Below are positions 50,254 through 63,574 of a stretch of 64,000 nucleotides of DNA, one piece after another. A program made the translations under genes and the position numbers. Numbering within the stretch: position 1 is the stretch's first letter; the number at the start of each line of letters is the position of its first letter. Source of the stretch: Asterias rubens (taxonomy: Eukaryota); contig NC_047065.1 in NCBI RefSeq assembly GCF_902459465.1, forward strand, positions 19,034,001-19,098,000, read 5' to 3'. The notes beneath the pieces are model-generated. The model was not told the DNA's origin. It worked only from the letters and a program-made list of their open reading frames with translations, and did not search any database.

Positions 50254-53200
50254 CTGTCCTCTATGGAACACCATAGAAATGGATTTCAGTGTGAAAATAA
50301 CGCAGGAGAGAGAATAGATTGAGCGTGTAGAAATCGGCGTTTTGGGAACTTCACTAATACGATGGGCACGAGGCATTGTGCTTTCGAGACGGTGATCGCA
50401 CGCACCACGCACAGGGTATATATACGGGTGGGTTTACAGCGGCGTCTTTTCGGAGCGAATAATGCGACTGCCGTTAGCAAGGCTTAGTGAAAACAGACAA
50501 ATATTTCCAAATTAAACATGTGCAAAAATTGTACTAACATTGGGGCATTCAGAAATTAGGAAAACGTATCTCCCTCATTTGCAATGTTGATTTCATATTT
50601 TTGTAATTGTCAAAGGTCAGTCTTTTCATACGCACAAAATAATACACCTGTGAAAATTTGAACTCAATTGGTCGTCGAAGTTACGAGATAAATAAAAACG
50701 CCCTTGTCTCATGAAGTTGTGTGCTTTCAGATGCTTTATTTCGGGACCTCAACATCTAATTCTGAGGTTTCGGAAACTACGTTACTTCAGAGGGAGCCGT
50801 TTCTCACAATGTTTTATACTATCAACAGTCATCCATTGCTTGTTACCAAGTAAGTTTTTATGGTAACAATTATTTTGAGTAACTACCAATAGTGTCCACT
50901 GCCTTTAAGCAACAACAACCAAATAAATATAAACACACTTGTAATTTTTGTTGGTGTTCATTATTAGTTTTTACACTTCGAAAACGCAGAATTATTGTAC
51001 ACTACCCTAAACTAAAATAATTTATAACTTAAGATAAGGGACCATAAGTAACTGCCTAAAGGTTCATATAGACAACGACAATCGAACCCGTCTGAGGATA
51101 TCACTTATAGAAGGGTCGCTTAACGAAACTGAACGAGTAATTGAGGAACATTTGTTTTCGGTATAAAACAGTGAATTTCACAAAGAGTTGAGACAAGGCT
51201 TTTGGGTTATGACGAGTTACTCTCAAGACGTACTAAATTATAGGATTAGCCTTAAGTTGTTTTTATAACTGGTAGCTAGTCCAAAGTTAGGACTAGTCCT
51301 AACTCTTTGAGAACTCAACCCCAGTTTACATTTGAAAATGTCCTCAAAAACTTTCAATGCAATACGTTTTTTTTGGTTCACATCAAAGCAATCATTGGTA
51401 TTTACAACATAAGACTTATTCCATACAACATATCAGTATTTGAATTTAAAACGTGGGAAGAAACAAAAGGAAGTTAACATACCTGTAGCTGCCGTCGGGT
51501 TGGTTGCAAACCTTATCAAACTATTTCAAACTGTACAACTTGAATCGAATGAAGCAAATAGTTGTTCATAAAACGCGAGTCTCATTACAGTATGCATATA
51601 GTGATACCACATACAGAGCAGTTATGATAGGGCCAAAAGTAAAAACCTTTTCACTTTTTAACACGCCCACACATACACCGGACCGACGGACCCGAGCACC
51701 GTTTGACACAATGAGTTATTCATCCGCCTATAGACCATGTGAACCTTGTTTACATTAAGCGTGACCTTGTACATTCTTGAAGTATTCTGGCTGGCACTGT
51801 ACTACACTGGTACTTTGGGAAATTTGACATTTTGTGTCATAATTTCACATAACTAAGAGTTTTGAAAGTAAAAGCTGGACAAGTTTTGAGATGTGCCCCT
51901 TTCATGATATCAAAAGTTGATAAGATTTAAACAGTGCAATCTCCATAACATATAAGATTTCATGTTTTCTTCCATTGAGCTGTGTACAAATCATGCCTGC
52001 AGGAAGTCCAGGGTCTGTGGCTCTTGTGTAAACATGTGAGGTCACAGGTCACAGCGTCTATTCTTTACCAAGTAATAATGTACTGGTTTTGACAGGTTGT
52101 TTCCAAGTCACACGTATAGTATTTTAATGACAATTTACTTTTCATTAAATAATTTACTTTTCATTAAATAATTTGTTTAGCCTCACCTTTAAGCTTATAT
52201 ATTTCAAAGACTTTGATGAACTACTTTCTACTAATCCGCATGTGTTAGAGGGGAAAACACAGTGCTCAAAACATGCACAGTATAATAAATAAAAACTTGT
52301 TTGTGGTAGTACATTACCGAATGGTTACATCTGAGTATAACTATCTTACAATTTGCCCATGATTGTAATATTTCGTTGTTAGATTAAATTCTTCATCTAA
52401 AGTCTAAGGCTACCTATACCCCCCCCCCACCCTTCAAGACGGCATACCTGGTCGTTCTCGGGAATTGACGGGGAAGAGGTTTGGAGGAAGACATACACTC
52501 CTTAGGCCTACAAAAAATTTTCCAGGGAGAGATTGGCCTCAACTAACATTTAAGAAACACAAACAACTTGTATAGGTACCATGTTTTAATGTCCGACGTT
52601 TAAAAACTTGTTTGGTCTCATTGCAGTTATTGGACTATAGCCTATAGGTTCGGGAAAACGCAATACAATGAAATACACAACATAATATGAGTCACGTTTT
52701 GTATGGTGTGAAAGTCATTTATACAGAACTTGCATTTCGCAGCCTTGCCTTATACATCAACAATCTTTTTTCAATTCAATGTTTATTCATTGTACTCTCA
52801 TGAATAATCACACAACCACCTAGAGCTTAAAGGGGACAGACACTAGGCCTACTTTCAATGATCACACAGGGAACTTTGAAATAATATTCAAATTTGGTGG
52901 TCGCAATCATTTGCAAAATTTTCGGGGGGAAAACAGTTCATTTTAGTCAGGTAAGTTTAACGTGTTTCGATTAGTGAACTAAACGAAAACCAGTGAGATC
53001 TTCAATTAGTGTTAATTGTTATGATTTGTAATGATTTCTAGTAGACTGCAGGACTTGCGATCACAAGGTTGTGTGTTCAAAACCTAAATCAAGCTAAATT
53101 CTGATTTGCCATTGACTTACTAAATCACAATTTCTTGGTTTGTGCAATTCATAATCAGAGACGTTCAACCAATGTTTGTTTGTATAAGTGAGAGATTGGT

Positions 53201-56200
53201 TGTTGCCAGCTTGGTGTTTATATCCCAATTGCGGGCAAAATGTTAGACTCAGTAATATTACCACAAATGTTGTTATACTGTAAACTTTTCACAAGGCTTT
53301 TGCCTATTAAAACATAATTCCATCCACATAATTATGTTAGTGGCGCTGGATAAAAAAAAAATATAAAAAAACTTTGCAATATTGTCTGCTATTTTTTTTC
53401 ATATAAAATTTGTAGTTCCTTTTTTGCCCCAATGGCCGCCCGTAGTACACAGCCATTGCGACATATCGGGGAATTCCCGCGGATGAGAAATCAACAATTG
53501 TGTCTGAAGGTTGAGGTCAAGGTAAAACCGACAAGATCTGCATAACAGACGTTGTGTGTCAATTAAGCGGCATACAAAACCGGTTCTTTAATGGCATAGG
53601 GGTGGGGTTTTTTTTGTCTGGGGGAGTAATCTGTTTTTGTAACCCTGATCTGGTGGATATATGACAGAAATCAAAAGTGAACTGCCTTATCGAATGTGTT
53701 GATCCTAGTGGCTGATCCTAGTCTGTGACTTTCACATCGAAGGCCGTACTCTTGGAAGTATAGATCGAATTACACGGTGTTTGTAGGTAAGATGAGTATG
53801 CAAGAATTCATGTATCATGTACGTAAACATGATACCGGACTGCATATTGGATCGTTGCACTCGAAATTACCACTGCCGTAGTGCTTTTCAATGGGGAAGT
53901 AATGTTAAGGAAACAAAGTTAAACAGCTACCTGAGCGGAATGTTTTAAACGGAAATGGTATTTTAACTTGTTTATAATGCACTTGTTCACCATTTTAATG
54001 TAATTTTGATATGTGTACACTTCTGAATTTCAAGCACAAATTGTGAGGAGCAAATCTAAACTGGTAAAAAAAAAAAAACGGACGGAATGGCGTCCAGAAA
54101 CAATGTGACAAAATACAAAAAAACTGCTGGTCCCTTCATGTCGCAACTCGCTCAATACACATGCTCTTGTACAATTATTCGAATCATTTAGTTTAATACA
54201 CATCTAATCTAATCATGGTACCTGCCTTGATATTTGTTAATATAATTAGTTTTAGAGTAGGCTATACAAACTCCCGAGTACAAAGTACTGAGTATACAGT
54301 GCTAACACACATAGGTGTATGGGTAAAAAAAAACAAAATTAATATTCTTTATCCCCGATGCAAATTTAACATCTACTATACAAACTCATTATCATAATTA
54401 CCATCCATCGACAGAGCGGTTAGGTTCCAAGGCACTCTGGTTTATCCACCAAAGATACAGTCAATGCCAAGTCTTATAATAGAGGCAGTGGACACTATTG
54501 GTATAATTACTCAAAATAATTATAAGCATAAAACCTTACTTGGTAGCAAGTAATGGGGAGAGGTTGATAGTATAAAACTAACTTGCAAGACATTACATGG
54601 TTTTTAAATTGGATATACTTTAAACTCCCAGTTAAGAATTAAACCGGATTACGGATCTAAAGGGATCTGACCAATTTCTGGGTCAGGCTAGCCTTGTCCA
54701 AGGCTATTACCACTGCTATGAATTCAAGGCAGTGGACACTATTGGTAATTACTCAAAATAATTATTATCATAAAACCTTACTTGGTAACGAGTTATCGGG
54801 AGAGGTTGGTAGTATAAAACATTGTGAGAAACGGCTCCCTTTGAAGTGGAGTAGTTTTAGAAAAAGAAGTAAACTTCCACGAATTTGATTTCGAGACCTC
54901 AGATTTAGAATTTGAGATCTCTAAATCAACCATCTAAAAGTACATAACTTCGTGTGACATGGGTGTTTTTTCTTTTATTTTTATCTCGCAACTTCGACGA
55001 CCAATTGAGCTCAAATTTTCACAGGTTTGTTATTTTATGCCTATGTTTTGATACACCAAGTGAGAAGATATTGAAAAGTACCAATAGTGTCCAGTTTCTT
55101 TAAACTGAGATGAACTAATTCGTTCTTTAAGAAGGCAACATTAAACGAACATATCACAAATAATGTTTTGTTATAACGAGTTTGTTCACGTACTTAATTT
55201 GGGATGACAATGCTAACTGCAAGACATTACATGGTTTCTTAAATTGATATACTTTAAACTCCCAGTTGAGAATTGAACCCGGATTACGGATCTAAAGGGA
55301 TCTGACAAATTTCTGGTCAGGCTTACCCGGAAAGTGGTAACCAAATACATGTACTTTAACTACGGTAGTGCGTAGACACGCTTACTTTCCCATTAAAAGA
55401 CACTGGACACTACTATTGATATTTTTCAAATTACCAAGCTCAATCGGTCATCAAAGTTGGAAGATAATAATGAAAGAAAAAACACCCCTTTTACACGAAG
55501 TTGCGTGCTTTCAGATGCTTGATTTTGAGACCTCAAATTCTAAATCTGAGGTCTCGAAATCAAATTCGTGGAAATTTACTTCTTTTTCGAAAGCTACTCC
55601 ACTTCAAATGGAGCCGTTTCTCACAATGTTTTATACTTCCAACCTCTCCCCATTACTCGTTACTAAGTAAAGTTATGTGCTAATAATAATTTTGAGTAAT
55701 TACCAATTTTAGATCAATAATTGTGGCCCATTATTATAAGCCTTGTATTTTTGTGTGGTATACATTGTCTATTGCAATTATAGTTCTTATATTATAGCGC
55801 ATTTACAATAACTGTATCAAATGTTTCTTTACATTGCAACCATAATTTGCACACAGAAAATGTGAAATGTAGCTTTTGCATTTTTTCTTTATCGGGTTAA
55901 TGTAAACTCCCCGATGAGAAATCGACAATGAGTTCTAAAGGTTGGGGTCAAAAGTTCAAAGCAATCAACTCAGAACTTCATATTACACATACACAAGGTG
56001 CAGCGGGTGGGTTTTTAGTGGGGTCGGAGTACAGCAATCAGTTTTTTGTGATATGAGTTTTAATTCCCTAAACTTGGAATCTGGGAAGCGTTGCTGTCAG
56101 TGAACGCTTCTCAGATTGTGTATTCCTATTAGAGAATATTCCTTCTGCGGACAAAAAAAAATCGCTCAGGATTTTCAGCGATATCTCAAAAACACGACCA

Positions 56201-56770
56201 CCTTTTGAAACAGTGTTCCCACGTACATGTACATTTGTAAAGGATAAAAACAAGGTTCAAAAAAAAAGGTATAATTTGTCTTAAAGGATTTGGGTACTTT
56301 TTCAAAATGTCCACAGATTTACATTAAACAGAAATGAGTAAAACAATGTCATGAAAATACGTTTTTACATGCTTAAAATAGTTTTGGTCTCATGATCTGT
56401 GAGACGAAAATTATTTTCATGACATCGTTTTACTCATTTCCCAAAAACTACAGTACCTCAGCACGTAATATTTTCAGTGAAGCTTTCTACTATCGTCATC
56501 TTCAAACTGTGTAAGTTTGGTGTAAATCTGTGGACATTGTGATTTTTGTCCTACCAAAAGTACATAGACCCTTTAATGCAAATTAGCTCCTAGTGGATGA
56601 TACCCATGCCTACATAAAATGTATCAGCCTCAATGTTGTCATTTCCCTAAGCTACTCAAACCGATAAAATGTCGGCCAAGGAGCAGTTACAGTTAAGTAT
56701 GAATTTCCTTTTTGTCCACAAACGGTGAGAGTACAACTATTGACTTCACTCGAAATGTTTTTTTCTAGCT

Positions 56771-59700
56771 ATGGATCGCAACGCAGATTCAGATGAATAT
56801 ACTGGCCAAGAAGAGCAACAGTCGGGTACCCGACCCAATCCTCATTTGCTCCGCACAACAGGTTCAGAAACACGTCATGAACGATCCTGGAGGGTTGACG
56901 GAGCGTCACGAGGTGTTGTTGGCGGACAGTCGAACAGGAATAACTTAACATGGACTCGGTCAAGTAATCACAGCGCTGCTCCGGCTGCTGGCTCCTGGAG
57001 GAATATTAACAGGGAAGCAAGTGGAGGTGCTCGGCCCAAGGATAGCAATACGTCTTGGAGGAGAAACAACTTAGAGAGAGAAGATGACTCAAAGACTCAA
57101 ATAGACCGTCAGGAAACACCAAACTGGCGACGGAGAGCAGAGAGTCAGGGAGAAGGGACAACAGAACAGCCAAGGGACACTTCTACGATCAGTAGTGACT
57201 TCTTTAGACGGCCAGGTAAACCGAGAAGCAATGGGTAAGTTAATAGTTAAGAGGAGGGTTTACGTTTGGTAGTCACTCTTGATTTTTAAAGGAACATTAC
57301 AGAATTGGTTTTTGCTAACAAAACAGTTGCTGGCAGTGTAAGCACTTTAGGTAATCCATCATGCAACAACTGACAAATAATCTCCATGTAAGGACATAAA
57401 TGGTTCCGGATTTGACAATATCATAAACAAAAGTCGACAATTTTTGTTTTTAAATAAAAACTCGCAAATTAAGTTGATTCTGTAAAATTACAGTTATATA
57501 GGATTAAAACAAACAAACGGTTCAAAAACTGAAGTTCACTTTGCCTTTGACTAATTGAATACAGCAACATAGGATACATATGTTTTGCACACTAAAATGT
57601 TCTTCTGTCAAACAAATGAATTTTATGCAAGCAAAGTTAAGTTTGTCACAAGATAAGTTGTTTCATGATTGGAAAATCAACTGATATTTAATAAAATCAT
57701 GTATTTTAGGTTTATTATTCAACACAAAATTAAACGACAGTGTAATCGTTAAAGAACCAATACTGGTCAAGAAAAAAAACTAACACAGTAATTTAAACTA
57801 TCTATTTTAAAATGTCACAAAAAAAGTTTATTGAAAAACAAATTCATCCTTACTTCAGAGTATGTACTCAACAAACTGAACGAATTGCCTTCATTGCTTT
57901 GCCACTGTAAACGGGTTGCATTTTTCAAAAGCCGAACATTTTAAACCAAAGAACATCTCCAAAAAACAAATCCAAAATGCTGAGAATGTTTTACTGTTTA
58001 AATTTCAGGGGGTCAACAACCTCGAGCCCAACCAGTCCTCCAACCCCTGTAGAAGAAACTAAATGGCGTCGAGGACAGAGCGACGTTTGTTCGGGATCAG
58101 GGAGATACACAGGTCAAGTTCAAGTAAAGCAGACTCCCAAGACGCCCTCAATGTCAGAGGAAGAACTCAAGACACTGCTGACGGCCAGTCCACAAGAAGT
58201 TCTCTCCAAGCTTCTGAGCAGAAAACACGAATGGTTGGCACTTTTAAATCTAGACTCATTCAATGATAATGTAATGACGTTAATACTTGGTGTTTTTTCG
58301 TGTATTTGTGATTTAAATGTAGATCCAAAAGTAAAGCAGGATATTCATATGGTATTCAGTATGATAGAGTCTGAAGGGTTTCTCATTAAACATTTGACGA
58401 GATACTTAGTAGGTTTGTCCACACAACAGCCGCATGATGATCAAGAAAGAGATAGTGAAACCCTTGAAAACAGTATCAAAATGATTTTGAAATTGCTGCA
58501 AGTTTTCCTTGAACAAAAGCCAGAAATTTATGGTGAAATGGGCGTGGTTCTGATTCTTCTCGAGAAGGCTGTTTCCCTGGCAGTGGTAGAATCTTGTACT
58601 GACATCAATCATGAAGGTCATAGTTACATGATCAAGGTAGAGCAGTTGAAAGAATGCTATCATGCACTGGACGAGTCTCATCAGATAAAACAACACGTTA
58701 AGGCACGGCAGCCACCCAACAACTTCAGAGAGATTCCAATCATCCCCGACAGTTTAGAGATTCAGAAACCAACAAAGCCATTCTTACGAAAGAACATCTT
58801 AAAGGGAAGGTATCAAGACGTCGAGCATTATCTTGATGTGCAGTTCAGGTTGTTGAGGGAGGACTTTGTTGCACCGTTACGGGAAGGTATCTCAGAGTTT
58901 CTCTCTAAAGTAAACAATCATCATCAAGACATTCGGGTGTATCGCAAAGTCTCCGTTCAAGGTCAGAAGATTGGGAAAAGAGGTCAGTTCACCCTGGAGT
59001 TTGATGTCAAAGGTCTCAACCGTATCAACTGGCAAACCAGCAAGCGTCTGATATATGGTTCATTCGTCTGTCTCACTAAGGACAGTTTCAAGAGCATTTT
59101 ATGTGCGTCTGTGGCAGATCGGAACACGAAGGACTTGGAAAAAGGTCTTGTTGATGTTTGTTTTTTTACCGAGTGTAGTAGCACGCCTACAGGTACCTTT
59201 GTCATGGTCGAATCTGCAGCTTATTTTGAAGCCTATCGACACGTCTTACTAGGGCTACAACGAATGAAAAGCGACAATTTCCCTTTTGAAAGGTACATTG
59301 TGAATGTTTCATGTAATGTTAAAACACCCAGTTATCTGGGCAAAGACTGCTCTGATGTGTATGACCTACGACCATTGGTTGTTGAAACTGATCAGGTCTT
59401 TGAAGATGAGGGTCTGACTGAAACCTTCGTAAATGCAGCATGTGTGTCAATTTTAGATCCACAAAGTTGGCCGGCTGCAGAGGCCTTACATCTTGACGAG
59501 TCACAGAAGGCAGCTGTGCAGGCAGCATTGACGAAGGAGTTTGCCATCATCCAAGGTCCACCAGGAACGGGGAAGACTTACATTGGTCTCAAGATCATCG
59601 AATTACTCCTTTACAATATACCTACGACAATAGATGCATCTCCAATTCTTGTGGTGTGCTACACAAACCATGCTCTCGATCAGTTTCTGGAGGGAGTTCT

Positions 59701-62700
59701 ACGTTTTGATGAGAAGAATCTGGTTCGTGTTGGAAGCCGAAGCAAAAGTGTAGTGCTTGAGTCTCGAAATCTGTCCTATCTAAAACGACATCTAGGTCGC
59801 CCGCCTAAGAACATGCAGCAAAGGGAAGTACTTGAAGAAACCGAAGCGAGTTTACACGGAATAAAATCAGCAATTCATCGTACACTTCTAAAAGTGGCTT
59901 TTGCTAAAACGATCATAATTCAAGTCGAGAAGCTAAACAATGTCATGAGCGACAAACATCAACAAAGTTTTCAAAAGAATAAGAAGAGACCTGAGGATCC
60001 AACAACAAACCTTCTGAACTGGCTAAATGTGGTTGATATCAATCATGAAAGTGATAGCTCCGATATGTCAGATTCAAATGAAGAAAAAGATGAATTTATT
60101 GACGTAGAGGATGAAAGTGCACGGATACAACATGAACGCCGAATCGATGATGAAGATGACTCGAGAGTTTCCGAAGAACAGCGAAAGCAAAATGAGCTTT
60201 CCGTATTGAGACAAAATGCAGCATACAGCACTGAATGTAAGAAACGCTGTGGTTCAAATTTGGAGTCCACCCCGAAAGAAGAACTTAAGAAGGACGACAT
60301 GATGTCTGATAGAGAAGCTTCTAGAGTCACAAATGTATGGAGTCTGACGTTCAGCGATCGTTGGCGGCTTTACAGACTCTGGGTTAAGAGGTACATTGAA
60401 GAGCAGGAGGAGATGCTGAAGGATTACCGCAAAAGTTATGACAGCCTTTCAAAGGAAATTCAAGCTATGAAAAACAGCGTAGAATTTGAAGTTCTCTCAA
60501 AAGCAAGAGTGATTGGAATGACGACAACAGGTGCGGCCAGATGTCAGTCGGCTCTGCAGCTTCTTGGTCCTCGTATTGTGATAGTGGAAGAGGCTGCTGA
60601 AGTTCTTGAAGCTCATATCATTACCGCCCTGACTGCAAAATGTCAGCATCTCATTCTGATTGGAGATCATCAGCAGCTGAAGCCAAACCCAACAGTCTAT
60701 CGCCTGGCTAAGGTTTTCAATATGGATACCTCCTTGTTTGAACGGATGATCAACAACGGCGTGCCTTGTCAAACATTGAACCACCAGCATCGTATGCGTC
60801 CTGAAATCTCAAAACTCATGAAGAAACATTTTTATAAAAATCTTCACGACGATGAGTCTGTGATGGATTTCGATGACATGAAAGGAGTAGCACATAACAT
60901 GTTTTTCATTGATCACAATCAGTTTGAAGATGAGGGTGATGACAACAAAACCAAGTCCAATCAGCATGAAGCGGAGGTCCTTGTCGAGTTGTGTAGGTAC
61001 TTGTTACATCAAGGATATCAGCCCAAACAGATTACCATTCTAACCACCTACTTAGGTCAACTCTTCACCTTCAAGAAACTTATGGATAAAGGGACCTTCG
61101 AGGGAGTTCGGGTGTCTGTGGTTGACAATTTCCAGGGAGAAGAAAATGACATCATACTTTTGTCTTTGGTTCGAAGCAACGAAGAGGGTTCCATCGGGTT
61201 CCTGAAGACTTCAAATCGTGTTTGTGTTGCCTTGTCTAGAGCTCGCATGGGTTTCTACTGTATTGGCAACGCCAACATCCTGAGAAAGTCTACTATCTGG
61301 AGTGGCATACTAAGAACCCTTAAAGATGAGAAGAAAATTAGCCCCTCGCTTGCATTGGTTTGTCAAAACCATTTAGTAGTAACAGCGGTAGCGTCGGCCA
61401 GAGATTTCAAGGAGAAGGTTCAAGACGGAGGTTGTGGCGAGCCATGTGGGTACAGGCTTCCATGTAATCACATATGCAAATTACACTGCCATCCCTTTGA
61501 TCAAAACCATATAGTTTACAAGTGTCAAGAGCCCTGCTCAAAGTTATGTAGAAGAAAGGAACACACGTGTCTGCTGAAATGCTATGAGGAATGCACATCG
61601 TGTTTGACAAATGTACAGAAACTGATGCCAAAGTGTGGTCATGTTATTCAGGTTGAATGTGAGATGTTTGATTCAGTTACTTGTACCGAACCATGTCCTA
61701 GATCACTGCCATGTGGGCATCCATGTAGGAAGGCGTGCGGAGATTCGTGTCCTACTTGTATTGTTGAGGTTTCTAAATCGATGCCAGAGTGTGGTAATGT
61801 TATCCAGGTTCAATGTCGTTGGTATGAGTCAATCACTTGTACAGAACCATGTCCTAGAACACTGTCATGTGGACATGCATGTAAAGGGGCGTGTGGTGCT
61901 AAATGCACTACTTACTGTACTGTCAAGGTCTCTAAACACGTTACAAAGTGTGGCCATGACGTCCTGATGGAATGTGCCAAGAACCCCGACTTAACGCCCT
62001 GTACTCATCTATGTGACAAGTTGCTGGTATGTGGCCATCGTTGCCCCGAAAAGTGCAGCGAGCCATGTCCAGAGGAAAGATTAGATGACGCCAAGATGAT
62101 GAAGCATTTAAGGATCCATTTTAATTTCAAATCATTTTGCAAAGAGAAGTGTGAGCGGTCATTGCCTTGCGGCCATCCCTGTCCTAATAAATGTTGCGAA
62201 CCGTGCCCAAAGGAAACAGTGGACCCAACCTATGGTGAATACATAAAGCTTCACGAAAAAGTTCGTGGTCATATTGTTGCCGGCAAACTGTTTATGGTGT
62301 GTACCCAAATCACAAATAAAAAGCTTATTGTGTGTGATCATACTGTAGCAGTGCCATGTCATACTGATATTGCGTCATTAACTTGCAAAGAGACCTGCAA
62401 CAAAGAGTTATCATGTGGTCATCGGTGCAAAGATAAATGTGGCGTCCCCTGCAAATGCAAACTGAGAGTCAACAGAAAGCTTCCATCTTGTGAACATTCT
62501 GCTCGGCTCCCTTGCTACCAAGATTTCAACTCCTATCAATGTGAGAAGAAATGTCAGAAAATGTTACAATGTGGGCATCCATGTTCCAATAAATGTTGTG
62601 AACCCTGCCCAACGGATGGAGAAGACGCCCAAACTGAGAGCACTCGAAACTCCCCAGCAAAGGCCTGTCAACGCTCTGTGAGGAAGAAGTTTAGTGTCTG

Positions 62701-63574
62701 CCACCACAGTGTTGTACTCCCATGTTATAAAGACGTTGAGTCGGTCGTATGTGCAGAAAGGTGTACCAAAGTGTTGTCGTGTAGTCACAAATGTCCAAAC
62801 CGATGTGGCGATCCATGTCCAAGTAGCAACCCTAAGAAGACAGACACTTACTGTGACTGGATTGATGATGGCAACAGTTCATCTGAACAAGATGACCTCT
62901 ATGTCAGAAAATGCCAACAGTTTGTGAACAAAAAGATACCTTCTTGCGGTCACGTCATAGAAAGTCCATGCTATAAAAGCGTTGAATCACTGGTATGCCC
63001 AAAGCCCTGTGAGAAGATTCTTCCATGTGGTCATCAATGCGAAAACAAATGTGGGGAGCCGTGCCCGAACGAAGAATGTACATCCAGTGACGACGAAGAG
63101 GAAATGAATGAAAACGAATTTGTAAAACAGAGTTGTCAAGTCACCGTATACAAGCAGCTACCTGACTGTTTGCATTTTATGAATCTTCCGTGCTACAAGA
63201 AAGCAGAGTCCGTTGAATGTTCAAATACATGTGAGAAGATACTGAAGTGTGGTCACAAATGTCCAAACCGATGTGGCGATCCATGTCCAAGTAGCAACCC
63301 TAAGAAGACAGACACTTACTATGACTGGAATGATGATGGCAACAGTTCATCTGAACAAGATGACCTCTATGTCAGAAAATGCCAACAGTTTGTGAACAAA
63401 AAGATACCTTCTTGCGGTCACGTCATAGAAAGTCCATGCTATAAAAGCGTTGAATCACTGGTATGCCCAAAGCCCTGTGAGAAGATTCTTCCATGTGGTC
63501 ATCAATGCGAAAACAAATGTGGGGAGCCGTGCCCGAACGAAGAATGTACATCCAGTGACGACGAAGAGGAATAA
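56771..63574 (+). CDS. ZNFX1: ZNFX1-like copy C, frameshifted in the cassette array; exons 56771-57234 and 58009-63574 (~2009 aa)
   Basis: Helicase motifs intact. gaggaaatgaatg is read as gaggaataaatg (net -1 bp) giving TAA at 63572-63574; repeats continue out of frame. Confidence 0.85.

Larger units (their letters stand above)
45173..50275. mobile_element. Foldback-like non-autonomous element with minisatellite inverted arms, 5,103 bp
   Basis: Perfect 22-bp TIR tatggtgttccatagaggacag (45173-45194 / 50254-50275). 6-bp TSD gaaatg (45167-45172, 50276-50281). Empty site at 24932-24937 in unit A. Confidence 0.9.
25046..50401 (+). repeat. Segmental tandem unit B (includes foldback insertion and expanded coding cassette)
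   Basis: Colinear with units A and C. About 17.8 kb after removing the 5.1-kb insertion and extra coding repeats. Confidence 0.9.

Noticed and set aside
45173-50275. Maverick/Polinton assignment from the 6-bp TSD
   Set aside because: Only 5.1 kb, lacks AG-repeat termini and any polymerase, integrase or capsid ORF.
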